Source: Myxococcota bacterium (GTDB lineage Bacteria > Myxococcota_A > SURF-8 > G963663525). Taken from it: a stretch of 64,000 nucleotides of DNA. The stretch covers positions 73,805-137,804 of the forward strand of contig CAXXVK010000011.1 in assembly GCA_963676915.2 (NCBI GenBank), read 5' to 3'. This document shows, piece by piece, positions 20,149 through 29,961 of the stretch (its first letter is position 1; each line of letters begins with the position of its first letter). Made by a program: the position numbers and the translations under genes. Under the pieces are notes generated by a model. That model searched no databases. It worked only from the letters and a program-made list of their open reading frames with translations, and was not told where the DNA came from.

Positions 20149-21290
20149 CTTGCGCCTCCTTTCGGGTCCGCAACGCTGTGACGACTGATGTTGAGCAGAA
20201 TCCCGAAGGCCATCAGCATCGCCACCAGAGACGATCCCCCGTGGCTGTAGAGCGGAAGAACGATGCCTTTCTGAGGGAGCAGGCCCATCACCACGCACAT
20301 ATTCATCAGCGCTTGAATGCCGAACAATGCGCTGATGCCGTAGGCGGCGTACATACCGAAGAGATCTGGCGCTTTGAGTGCGATCCGCCATCCTCTGTAA
20401 ACGATGAACAGATACATGGCAATCAGCGTCATGGAGCCGATGAATCCCAACTCTTGAGAAAGACTGGAAAAAATAAAGTCGCTATGCATTTGCGGAAGGA
20501 AGAAAATCTTGATGGTTCCCTGTCCGAGACCCATACCCGTCAGACCGCCGCTGCCAATGGCCATCACGGACTCTCGAAGCTGGTAATCCAGCACCGTGAG
20601 ATCCTGGTTGCCGAACATGAAGCTCAACGAGCCCAGGTAATCTCTCAAACGCCGGGCGACGTGATCGAACTGCCAGGCGGCCATTCCAAGACCCAGCAAC
20701 CCAATGAAAAACAGTGAAATGATGTAGGAAACCTTGGTTCCGGCAACGAACATCATCACCATCACCACGCAGCCGAGAAGCGCCGCCGTACCTACATCGG
20801 GTTCGGGAGCGATTAGTCCCATAACGATGATCGGTACCAGCAGGAAGCGTAGAAATCCCGAGGTGAAACGCTTGAGTGCGAATTGATCTTCCAACGCCCA
20901 GCGACTCAGAGAATACGCAAGGAACAGTATGAGGGAAAATTTGGCGAATTCAGAAGGTTGAACTTTTAAGCCGAAAATTTTGATCCAGCGGGTACCGCCG
21001 TTCATCGTCGCACCCAGCGGGGTATAGACGAGGATCAGCGCAACAATGGATACTCCCAGAAGGTGGGGCGCCCAGGTTTCCCAGAAATGATAGTCCACCT
21101 TGCTCAGCAGGCCCATAAACAACAGTCCGATCACGGCGTACAGAGATTGTGTACCCACGAAATAGAACTGGTTGCCATGGTTCTTCAGTGCGAGAAAAGC
21201 ACTCGAAGAATAGACGACCAGCAGGCCGCCTGCCAGGCATAGGACGATGCCCGCCCAGAGCAGGGCATCCATGGAACGTTCTTTTTCCAA
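20145..21290 (-). CDS. ftsW: SEDS peptidoglycan polymerase FtsW
   Basis: VYSSS, RWI, QPSEFAK, EPDVG, LPQMHSDFIF, KGIVLP..SHGGSS. Start is TTG 21290 or ATG 21272. Confidence 0.94.
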   Translation of the reverse strand: MEKERSMDALLWAGIVLCLAGGLLVVYSSSAFLALKNHGNQFYFVGTQSLYAVIGLLFMGLLSKVDYHFWETWAPHLLGVSIVALILVYTPLGATMNGGTRWIKIFGLKVQPSEFAKFSLILFLAYSLSRWALEDQFALKRFTSGFLRFLLVPIIVMGLIAPEPDVGTAALLGCVVMVMMFVAGTKVSYIISLFFIGLLGLGMAAWQFDHVARRLRDYLGSLSFMFGNQDLTVLDYQLRESVMAIGSGGLTGMGLGQGTIKIFFLPQMHSDFIFSSLSQELGFIGSMTLIAMYLFIVYRGWRIALKAPDLFGMYAAYGISALFGIQALMNMCVVMGLLPQKGIVLPLYSHGGSSLVAMLMAFGILLNISRHSVADPKGGAR

Positions 21291-21301
21291 CCAACCACTC
21301 C

Positions 21302-22394
21302 CTAGAGGTTGAATTTCAGCTTCAGGCTCGCAAGGCCGACAATGGCCAAGATGATCGAGATAATCCAAAGCCTCACCACAACCTTGGGCTCCGCCCAGCC
21401 CTTCAATTCAAGACTGTGGTGAAATGGGGCCATTCTAAAAATACGTTTGCCCGTCAATTTGAAACTTCCAACTTGCAAAACCACGGAAATCACTTCGAAA
21501 ACGAAAATTCCACCGACAACCACCATCAACAGTTCCTGCTTGGTCAAAAAAGCCAGAACGCCCAAAGCCGAACCGATAGTCAGGCTACCTACATCCCCCA
21601 TAAAAACCTGTGCGGGGTAGGTGTTGTACCAGAGAAAAGCCAGGCAGGCACCGAAGAGTGCCCCGGCGAACACGGCTAGCTCGCCAGCGCCCGGAACGTA
21701 AACCACGTTGAGGAACTGAGCGAACTTGATGTTACCTGCCAAATACGCGAGAATCATGAATACGATCGTGGTGGCCATGGCCGGTCCCCAAAGCCAGACC
21801 GTCAAGGCCGTCCGTGAGGTTTACGGCGTTGGCCGTTCCGGCGATGACAATGGCCGCAAACGGGACATACATCCACAATGGTATGTTAGTAATCGGATTC
21901 CAGACGAACGGCACCTGGAGATCGTTGGCGAAGTCGGTCAGGGTAAACAGCAGCAGTGCGGCGACGGCGGTAATCAGCAACTCCAGTCCCAGGCGCAGTT
22001 TGCCCGAGATTCCCTTGGAGTTGTTTTTCGAGACTTTCATCCAGTCGTCCCACAGACCCAACACGCCGAACGAACCTGTGACCAGCATAGCGATCCAGGT
22101 GTAGGCATTGTCCAACCGTGCCCAGAGAAACGTAGAGCACAGCAAGGAAGCCAGGATCAACGTTCCGCCCATTGTCGGGGTTCCGGCTTTGGAAAGATGA
22201 GACTGCGGGCCGTCGTCTCGAATGGCCTGCCCGTACTGTCGGCGCTTCAGGTCGCGAATCATCACCGGGGAAAGCAGGAATGTAATCAACAACGCCGTCA
22301 GTGCTCCGCCAGCCGTGCGAACCGTAATATACTGGAAGACGCGAAGCGCCGTTTCATCCCCACCGAACAGTTGATATAGAATATGGTAAAGCAT
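21302..22394 (-). CDS. mraY: Phospho-N-acetylmuramoyl-pentapeptide transferase (frameshift ~21790)
   Basis: [35 protein letters not shown]. Confidence 0.95.
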
Positions 22395-23797
22395 CAGTCC
22401 CCGTGTTCCGTACTCTCGTTTTCGAGAGCTTCGACAACGCGTTCCATTTTCGTCGAACGCGATCCTTTGATCAGTATCCAGTCTTCGGGCGCAATAAACG
22501 CCGTCAATTCTTCGGTCAAATCCTCCATCTTTGCGAAAGAATGAACGTTTTCCGCAGGCAATCCCGCGTCACGAGCGCCTTTGGCGATATCCTCGGCGTG
22601 TTCACCGTAGGCGAAAACGTGGTCTGCCCGATACGCCACGGCTTGGTGACCGAGCCGTTCGTGCAGTGCGCCGGATTGTTCGCCCAATTCTTTCATATCG
22701 CCCAGAACCGCCACTTTTCGCGCTTCTCCGGCGGCTTCGGACAAGTAGTTGAGTGCAGCCGCCATGGACGACGGATTGGCGTTGTAGGTGTCGTCGATGA
22801 CCGTGATTTCATTGGAAAGTTCGAGCGTTTTCAGGCGGCTGCCCGGAACGGAGACGGACGCAAGACCCGGCAGCAGATCGTCCAGATTCAGTCCCGCCGC
22901 GATTATGGCCGCGAAAGCTGCCAGCGCGTTGGCAACGTTATGTTTTCCCGGAAGCGGTATTTCCGTGCGGTAAACCTTCAGCCCGGCGAGAAATTCGATC
23001 CGGGTGGAGTCGCGTCCCAAATCTACATGGGTCGCAAGGATGTGGGCTTCGGGATTGTTTAACGAAAACGTAACCTTGCGGCAACTCGTCCGGTAGGACT
23101 GATCCATGACCCGTGAGTCGTCGAGGTTTGCAACGGCGACAGCACCCTCGGGAAGCCCTTCGAAAAGCTCTCCTTTGGCGCGAGCCACACCATCGATGGT
23201 TTTTAGTCCTTCGAGATGAGCTTCCGTCACATTGAGCACGATTCCGATATCGGGACGCAGAATTTCGGTTTGACGCGCCAGTTCGCCTTCGGCATTCATG
23301 CCGCATTCGACCACGGCAAAGCGCTCGGTCGAGAGTCTCAGCAAGGTTTTCGGAACCCCGATGAGATTGTTGTAATTTTTCTCGGTTTTGAGCGTTTCAT
23401 ATTTGGCCGACAGCAGCGAAGCCAGAATTTCCTTGGTTGTGGTTTTTCCCGAGGAACCTGTCAGGGCGAATGCTGTTACGCCCGTACGTGCCCGATGGAA
23501 CGCGGCAAGGTCGCCATAGGCAACGAGGGAATCCGGGACGAAAAACAGTGGTGCGTTTTCAGGCAGGGTGGAGGTGTCGAATCCTTCTTCCACCATGGCT
23601 CCGACGGCTCCGTTGTCCAGCGCTTGTCGGACGAAAGCGTGACCGTCGAAGGTATCGCCTTTGATCGCAACGAACAGGACTCCGGGACGGATATGGCGGG
23701 AATCGGTACTGATTCCGACAACATCGGCGACAGATCCGCGTGCACGCGCACCCGTGGCGTCGATGATGTTTTGTACACTGAAAACCGGGCCGTTCAT
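22394..23797 (-). CDS. murF: UDP-MurNAc-tripeptide--D-Ala-D-Ala ligase
   Basis: TGSSGKTTTKE, NNLIGVP, DDTYNANP, LGDMKELG, KGSR. Confidence 0.96.
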   Translation of the reverse strand: MNGPVFSVQNIIDATGARARGSVADVVGISTDSRHIRPGVLFVAIKGDTFDGHAFVRQALDNGAVGAMVEEGFDTSTLPENAPLFFVPDSLVAYGDLAAFHRARTGVTAFALTGSSGKTTTKEILASLLSAKYETLKTEKNYNNLIGVPKTLLRLSTERFAVVECGMNAEGELARQTEILRPDIGIVLNVTEAHLEGLKTIDGVARAKGELFEGLPEGAVAVANLDDSRVMDQSYRTSCRKVTFSLNNPEAHILATHVDLGRDSTRIEFLAGLKVYRTEIPLPGKHNVANALAAFAAIIAAGLNLDDLLPGLASVSVPGSRLKTLELSNEITVIDDTYNANPSSMAAALNYLSEAAGEARKVAVLGDMKELGEQSGALHERLGHQAVAYRADHVFAYGEHAEDIAKGARDAGLPAENVHSFAKMEDLTEELTAFIAPEDWILIKGSRSTKMERVVEALENESTEHGD

Positions 23798-25317
23798 GCG
23801 TTCCGCTCCCGTATTTCCAAGGCTTTCGCCGCAACTTCCCGATCGTCGAAGTGGCGTTTTTCCCGCCCGACGATCTGATAATCTTCATGTCCCTTACCCG
23901 AAATCAACACTGCGTCACCCGGTTTGGCCCAAGCGATGGCTTCGATGATGGCTTGTTCCCGATCTTCGATAACCGCATAGCCTTTTTCAGCGTCGCAGCC
24001 TTCGGATAACGTCTCGAAACGATGGAGGTTTTCTTCTTGTACGCCCGCTTCGACCTGTTCGAGAATTTTGAACGGATCTTCGGTGCGGGGGTTGTCGGAG
24101 GTGACCATCACCAAGTCCGCCAGCTTTGCGGCGGTGCGTCCCATCGGAGCGCGTTTGGAGGCATCGCGGTCGCCGCCGCAACCCATTACGGAGATCACAC
24201 GACTCGTTCCGGCTTGTGCGCGCAATTCTTCCAAGGCTTTTTCGAGTGAATCCGCCGTATGCGAGTAATCCACGAAAACGTGAATCGACTCGTGGGGAAC
24301 GCGCTCCATGCGACCCGGAATGTTCGTGCAGGTCGAAACCGCCTGTACGGCGTCCTGGAAATTCTCGCCCAACGCCAGCGCCGCTGCGATGGCTTGCGAG
24401 GAATTCGAAAGATGGAACCGGCCGACAAGTGGCAGTGCCAAACGGGCGGATTGTCCGGCAAAATGAAGGATTCCCGTAACTTCGCGCAGGTTGCAGTCAC
24501 CTGGTTCGATGGCGAGTTCAGCGCCTTTGAGGGGCAGCGTCGCGACGCGATATACTGGCCCTTCGAAGCCTTCGACCATATTTTCTCCCCTGGGATCGTC
24601 CAGGTTGGTAACGGCTGCTGCGGGTTTTCCGCCTTCGGGGAGAACGTGCGTGAAAAGGATCTGTTTGGCGCGAAAATAATCTTCCTGATCGTGATGGTAA
24701 TCCAGATGGTCCGAAGCGAGGTTCGTGAAGGCTCCTACGTCGAAGGCAACGCCTCGTGCGCGTCCCTGATCGAGAGCGTGCGAACTGACTTCGCAGACCA
24801 CGACATCCACTCCGTCCGCAAGCATTCGAGCGAGAATGCGTTGGAATTCCACCGGACCGGGTGTGGTGGTCGGGGCGGGAAGTTCGGTTCCCGGCCAACG
24901 ATAAGCCACAGTGCCGATAATGCCCACCGTGTGTCCCAGAACAGTCATGATCGCTTCGAACAGGTACGTAAACGAGCTTTTGCCGTTGGTGCCGGTGACG
25001 GCGACCATTTTCAGTTTTTTGGAGGGATCACCGAAGAAGCGCGCCGCCATATGGGATACAAGTTGCCGGAGGTTTTCCAGAACGATAATCGGCACTTGGG
25101 TGTCGATTTCCACGGAACGTTCCGCCAGCACCATCACCGCACCGTTTTCAATGGCTTTACCGATGTAATCGTGTCCGTCCGCAAGGTGTCCCTTGGTTGC
25201 GATGAAAAGGCTTCCCGGTCGGGCAAGGCGGGAGTCGTCCACGACATCAAGAATGTCGAGTTCTCCGGCCGCACCGGAAAGAGTCATCCAAGGTTTCAAT
25301 AGCTTCGACGAATTCAC
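23794..25317 (-). CDS. murE: UDP-MurNAc-dipeptide--meso-diaminopimelate ligase
   Basis: VTGTNGK, TTP, EVSSH, DHLDYH, DYSHT, GCGGDRD, DNPR (DAP-specific), GKGHE; GTG start 25317. Confidence 0.96.
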   Translation of the reverse strand: MNSSKLLKPWMTLSGAAGELDILDVVDDSRLARPGSLFIATKGHLADGHDYIGKAIENGAVMVLAERSVEIDTQVPIIVLENLRQLVSHMAARFFGDPSKKLKMVAVTGTNGKSSFTYLFEAIMTVLGHTVGIIGTVAYRWPGTELPAPTTTPGPVEFQRILARMLADGVDVVVCEVSSHALDQGRARGVAFDVGAFTNLASDHLDYHHDQEDYFRAKQILFTHVLPEGGKPAAAVTNLDDPRGENMVEGFEGPVYRVATLPLKGAELAIEPGDCNLREVTGILHFAGQSARLALPLVGRFHLSNSSQAIAAALALGENFQDAVQAVSTCTNIPGRMERVPHESIHVFVDYSHTADSLEKALEELRAQAGTSRVISVMGCGGDRDASKRAPMGRTAAKLADLVMVTSDNPRTEDPFKILEQVEAGVQEENLHRFETLSEGCDAEKGYAVIEDREQAIIEAIAWAKPGDAVLISGKGHEDYQIVGREKRHFDDREVAAKALEIRERNA

Positions 25318-25318
25318 G

Positions 25319-27094
25319 TTACAACCTCTCGGCATATGCCGCGCCCTCTTCGGAGTCTTTTGGCTCGTTGGGGCGAATTCCACGTAGTTGCATGATTTTG
25401 CTGGCGATTTTAGAAAACGCGGGACCGGCAACTTCCGATCCGTAGTACGCGCCTTTTTTCGGTTCGTCGATCATCACCACCAGCACGATCTCGGGATTTT
25501 CGGCTGGAAGAAAACCGACGAACGACGAAACCCAATGTTTTTTCGAATACTTGCCAGTGGCAGGGTCGATCTTCTGGGCCGTTCCGGTTTTTCCTGCCAC
25601 GGTATAACCCGGAACTTTGATCTCTGCGCCGGTGCCTTCCGGTCCCATGACGTCGACCATCATGTTCGTGACGATGGCAGCGGTCTTTTGTGAAAACACG
25701 CGGTAGCTTTTCGCTTTCTGTTTCCAACTCTGGTCTTCGATCGGTTTCAGATCCGGTCCAAGCACGTTGCGGATCAGCGTGGGCGGGACGATCACGCCAC
25801 CGTTGGCGATAGCGGCGACCGCTTTGGCCAGTTGCAGCGGTGTAACGCTCAATCCCTGACCGAAACCCAGTATCGCCAAATCGGCCGGTTGCCATTTGGT
25901 CCACTTGTTGAGCAGTCCCTTGTTTTCGCCGTTGGCTTCGATGCCGGTCGGTTTTCCGAAACCAAAAGCTTCGAAAGCAAACGCAAGTTTTTGCGCTCCC
26001 ATCGTTTCCGCAAGTTTCGCACAACCGATGTTGCTGGAAACGACCACGATGTCATGGAGGGTCATCCAACCATGTTTGGAGGTGTCGTGGATCGTCGTTC
26101 CCGGAACATCGTAGGCTCCGTTTTCGCAATAAAAAATCGTTTGCGGACCGGCTAGCCCGAATTCGATGGCGGCGGCGACGTTGAGAACTTTGATGGTGGA
26201 ACCGGGTTCCAGAGCGTGTTCGATGGTGAAGTTGTGCAGGTTGGGCACGTCTTGTTCGCGGATGTCGTTTCCATTGAAGCCGGGATACTGAGCCATAAGC
26301 AGGATGTCGCCGGTGCGTGGATCGAGTCCCACGGCGAGGGCGCGGTCCGCACCGTGTTGCTCGTGTGTCTCTTTGAGCGCTTTTTCGGCAAAATACTGGA
26401 AATTTCGGTCCAATGTGAGAACGACGTGACGTCCCTGGGGAACGTCGAGGTCCAGATCTTTGGAACCGGCAGCCACGTTTCCACGGGGATTTTTGATTCC
26501 CGGTTGCTTGAGGCTTTCACCGCGAAGCCACTTGTCCATCTTGCTTTCGATGCCCATTTTCGGGAGCATCTCGATGTTGGTGAACCCGAGAACGGGAGCC
26601 GCCAGGTGGTTTCCCGAATAAATCCGGCGTACTTCGGTTCGAAGGCCCAGGCCGTCGAACTCGGTTTTGCCGGTCAATTGCTTGACGATCGTTTCGAAGC
26701 GCTGGGCTTCGTCGTCTTCGAGGCGACGTTGCAGCCAGGCGAAGGTTTTTTTCGAGTCGAGCAGTTTTTCCACCCGTTTGGAACGTTTTCCCAAAAAAGT
26801 AGCCATGATGGCTTTGGCCATGTCCGGGTCTTTGATCATCGACGGGTGGGCGTAGATCGACGAAACCCGCTTGCTCACGGCCATTTCGGTCATGTTGCGG
26901 TCAAAGATCGTTCCTCTTAGCGGAGCGATCGAAAGGTCTTTGCTGGTTTGTTCCAGAACCGCCGTTTTATATCGGTCGGAATCGGCGATTTGCAATTTGT
27001 ATAGACGATACGAGACGACACCGTAGCCAACAGCGATCAGAGCACCCACGATCAGGATGCGAATTTGCATGTTGTAAACGATGGAAGCACGCAT
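25319..27094 (-). CDS. ftsI: Penicillin-binding protein FtsI/PBP3
   Basis: RGTIFDRN, EPGSTIK (SxxK), SSN (SxN), KTGTAQ. Confidence 0.95.
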   Translation of the reverse strand: MRASIVYNMQIRILIVGALIAVGYGVVSYRLYKLQIADSDRYKTAVLEQTSKDLSIAPLRGTIFDRNMTEMAVSKRVSSIYAHPSMIKDPDMAKAIMATFLGKRSKRVEKLLDSKKTFAWLQRRLEDDEAQRFETIVKQLTGKTEFDGLGLRTEVRRIYSGNHLAAPVLGFTNIEMLPKMGIESKMDKWLRGESLKQPGIKNPRGNVAAGSKDLDLDVPQGRHVVLTLDRNFQYFAEKALKETHEQHGADRALAVGLDPRTGDILLMAQYPGFNGNDIREQDVPNLHNFTIEHALEPGSTIKVLNVAAAIEFGLAGPQTIFYCENGAYDVPGTTIHDTSKHGWMTLHDIVVVSSNIGCAKLAETMGAQKLAFAFEAFGFGKPTGIEANGENKGLLNKWTKWQPADLAILGFGQGLSVTPLQLAKAVAAIANGGVIVPPTLIRNVLGPDLKPIEDQSWKQKAKSYRVFSQKTAAIVTNMMVDVMGPEGTGAEIKVPGYTVAGKTGTAQKIDPATGKYSKKHWVSSFVGFLPAENPEIVLVVMIDEPKKGAYYGSEVAGPAFSKIASKIMQLRGIRPNEPKDSEEGAAYAERL

Positions 27095-27606
27095 CAGTTG
27101 ATCATTCTCTCCCTGGGCAGTGTAACGACCGACGCCGGTTCGGGAACCCGCATTCCGTACCGAATCGCTTCGGCTTCGATTCTGTTGATCGGTGCAAGCT
27201 CGTGCACGTCGGCGAGGTATTCCTGGGTCTCTTGAAGCAGGCGTTTTTCCTGCTTTTGCAGTGTCGAAATTTCAAAGCCGAGGCGGCGTTGCTCGGTATG
27301 GGTCCAGGTCAGGAACATCGCGCTCGCCAATAGCAAAAGCACTGCCACGAGGAATGAGGCGTAACCGCTGTGCAGCAAGTTCGAAACGAACGAACGGTTG
27401 TTGCTGGCGATGTCCATGTCCTTCCGGGACGGCTTTGCCGGCTCTCGGGGAATTTCCGGTGCGAGGGAAAGAGGCGTGAAAACGGGTGCATCAAAGCCCG
27501 CCGATTCGTTTTGTCGTACCCGGACCAGTTGCCGTGCGGCGACGACACCGGGACCGGAAATCACGATTCGAGCCGATTTTCTGGGATTGGTGCTTGAGTT
27601 AGTCAT
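27094..27606 (-). CDS. ftsL: Cell division protein FtsL (long N-terminal cytoplasmic segment)
   Basis: Position between rsmH and ftsI; single TM, coiled coil, RIEAEA..GM..P motif. Confidence 0.75.
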   Translation of the reverse strand: MTNSSTNPRKSARIVISGPGVVAARQLVRVRQNESAGFDAPVFTPLSLAPEIPREPAKPSRKDMDIASNNRSFVSNLLHSGYASFLVAVLLLLASAMFLTWTHTEQRRLGFEISTLQKQEKRLLQETQEYLADVHELAPINRIEAEAIRYGMRVPEPASVVTLPRERMIN

Positions 27607-27609
27607 GAT

Positions 27610-28593
27610 TCACCTCTTGCATACCACCCTCAGTTTCGCACTGCGGGATCTCGGATTGGCGTCGACTTCTTCCGAAGTCGGCGTTACGGGTTTCGGAGTC
27701 AGTACTTCGACCAGAGCTTCCCGGTCGTATCCCGGTACTGGCAGTCCCGGAGGACCGTCCTGGCGACGGGTCCATTCTTTGATGGCGTTGCGGACCATGC
27801 GGTCTTCCAGCGAATGGAAGCTGATGACGGCCAGTCGTCCGCCGGGGGCCAGTATGTCGAGCACGTTTTCCAGAAAACGTTCCAGGTTTTCAAGTTCTTG
27901 GTTGAGGAGCATCCTCAGCGCCATGAAGGTTTTGGTGGCGACGTGGATTTTCTGTGGCCAGAATTTTCGCGGTACTGCCGAAGCCACGACATTGGCGAGG
28001 TCTTCGGTCGTCGCGAGTTTCCCCTCGGCCATTTCCCGCTTGATCGCTTCGGCGATGCGACGGGCGAAACGCTCTTCTCCCAGTCTGCCGATGGCTTTTG
28101 TCAAATCTTTGGCGCTTTTTTTGCCGAGAAGATCCAACAATTGCTGCTTTTGATCGCGATCCATACGCATGTCGAGCGGACCCGAGCGCTGGAACGAAAA
28201 ACCGCGCTCGGCTTCGTCGAGTTGGAACGAGCTGACGCCCAGGTCGATGACGATACCCTGAACCTTGCCGCGTTCTTCCGGCAGCAGCAGGCTGGCGATA
28301 TCGGCGAAATTCCCATGCCGGGCTTCGAAACGCGATCCGAAGCGTTGCAATCGCTCAACGGCTCGTTTCAACGCGATCCTGTCTCGGTCGATCCCGATCA
28401 ATTTCCCGAAATCGTTGAGCATTTCGAGAATCATTTCGGAGTGTCCGCCTCCGCCCAGAGTCGCGTCTAGGTACAAGCCGTCCGGCTGCACATCGAGAAA
28501 GCGGACGCTTTGGGTTTTCAGTACCGTGACGTGGCGCGGCGAACCGGCCATAGGTTCGGGAGACTGACAAGGATTGTTCCAAGGAGCCATCAT
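27610..28593 (-). CDS. rsmH: 16S rRNA C1402 N4-methyltransferase
   Basis: HVTVL, DATLGGGGHS, DLGVSSFQLD, RGFSF, PLDMRMD, ISFHSLEDR, NPRSRSAKLR. Confidence 0.97.
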   Translation of the reverse strand: MMAPWNNPCQSPEPMAGSPRHVTVLKTQSVRFLDVQPDGLYLDATLGGGGHSEMILEMLNDFGKLIGIDRDRIALKRAVERLQRFGSRFEARHGNFADIASLLLPEERGKVQGIVIDLGVSSFQLDEAERGFSFQRSGPLDMRMDRDQKQQLLDLLGKKSAKDLTKAIGRLGEERFARRIAEAIKREMAEGKLATTEDLANVVASAVPRKFWPQKIHVATKTFMALRMLLNQELENLERFLENVLDILAPGGRLAVISFHSLEDRMVRNAIKEWTRRQDGPPGLPVPGYDREALVEVLTPKPVTPTSEEVDANPRSRSAKLRVVCKR

Positions 28594-29423
28594 TTCTCAC
28601 CTCCTTCTCCCGGTGTCGTTCCCGGAGGAGTACCTTGCGGAACTCCCGGTGGAGCGGGGGGGAAAGGCGGTGCGCCCGGAGCGGGAGGTTGCGTCGGCCA
28701 TGCAGGCGCTGCCTGTGGCCAGGGCTGCGGAATCGCCATAGGTTGCTGAGGAGCATACGGATAAGCGGCATTTGGCGGCCAGCCTTGTTGTTGCGGGTAT
28801 TGTCCCGGCCAGGCGGCGGCTTGGGGTGGCGGATATCCTGCGGCTTGCTGTGGGTAATAGGCGGGAGCCGCGCCACCCTGTGGCGATCCCGAACCCGGCA
28901 TCGGCGCCGGTCCGGGGTTCATCGGCGGCGGAGTTTGGGTTCCGCGACGATGATTTTCCCTCAAGGCCCGCAAATAGGCGGGAGCCGAGGGGGTGATGTT
29001 CTGGTAATCCTGCTCGGCCATACGGACGGTCCAAAGCTCGGCGTATTCTCCGACGCCGACCCAGGAAATTTCTTCCCGATCGGTCAGATGCAGAGCGGAA
29101 CGGATGGAGGCCGAAAGCGTGACGCGCCCCTGTTGATCGATGCTGGCTTTCATGTGTTTACCCACGTAATGGCGGTAAAACACGGTGCGGAGTTCGTCGT
29201 CAGGAGCGGTCTCGACCAGATCCATTTGCTCCTGCCAACCATCCAGGGGCCAGGCTTCGATATGTCGGGGCTGGGACAGACTGGGAACGAGGACGAGCTG
29301 GCTTTGCCCGCGTTCGCGTAGATCTTTCAGGAACGGAGCCGGGAAGCTCGCCCTATGCTTTAGATCTACCTGGAAGGGATACGATCCCCACCAGTTGATT
29401 TTTTTTGTCGTTTCATCGGCCAC
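28590..29423 (-). CDS. mraZ: Transcriptional regulator MraZ with C-terminal Pro/Gln-rich extension
   Basis: First gene of the dcw cluster; VDLKHR and IDQQGRV repeats, GVGEYAELW; tail ends overlapping the rsmH start (ATGA). Confidence 0.85.
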   Translation of the reverse strand: MADETTKKINWWGSYPFQVDLKHRASFPAPFLKDLRERGQSQLVLVPSLSQPRHIEAWPLDGWQEQMDLVETAPDDELRTVFYRHYVGKHMKASIDQQGRVTLSASIRSALHLTDREEISWVGVGEYAELWTVRMAEQDYQNITPSAPAYLRALRENHRRGTQTPPPMNPGPAPMPGSGSPQGGAAPAYYPQQAAGYPPPQAAAWPGQYPQQQGWPPNAAYPYAPQQPMAIPQPWPQAAPAWPTQPPAPGAPPFPPAPPGVPQGTPPGTTPGEGGEK

Positions 29424-29961
29424 GACAAAACCTCAGTCCCAGTAAAATGCTAGAAGTACACTAAATACCCAGCAAAATTCTTGATTATTTTCAATAAGAT
29501 AAAAATGCCACTTTTTAAGAAAAATCTTAATGGGTCGATATGGAGCATTTTAGAGCTATTTGGGTCAGATTGGCAAGTAAAAAATCAAATCTAAGTCCCT
29601 GAATTTCTTTGAAAATACATTAAATATATTTTAAAGCATGTGTCAGTCTAGTGTTATCAATTACTTATGTATGATAAGTGATAGAAAATTGCAATCCCAA
29701 TTACTGGATTTTTTTCTCCCTAGATCGAAAAATGAGCATACTTTGAGGCACGGATCTTGAAATGTCCTTTAAACAGGGACAAAAGACAGAAATACGCCAT
29801 TTAACATGTGTGGAAGTTGTCGAGATCCGTTGCTATTTGGTTTTAGCGATTGAAAACCTTGAAAATGAAGTCTGTTCTTTGGTTAGGTCGGATGAAGAAC
29901 CACCCGGCCTCCGATTTAGAGGTGTTTTCGAGACGACAGGAGGTTTACTGGGGGGGGGCTT

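Noticed and set aside
16644-22394. Pseudogenisation of peptidoglycan genes (wall-less lineage)
   Set aside because: Catalytic motifs are intact, and essential pheS shows the same kind of indel, so sequencing error is the simpler explanation.
29430-29510. MraZ-binding TGGG repeats upstream of mraZ
   Set aside because: Only two CTGGG copies 30 bp apart with degenerate intervening positions; too weak to call.
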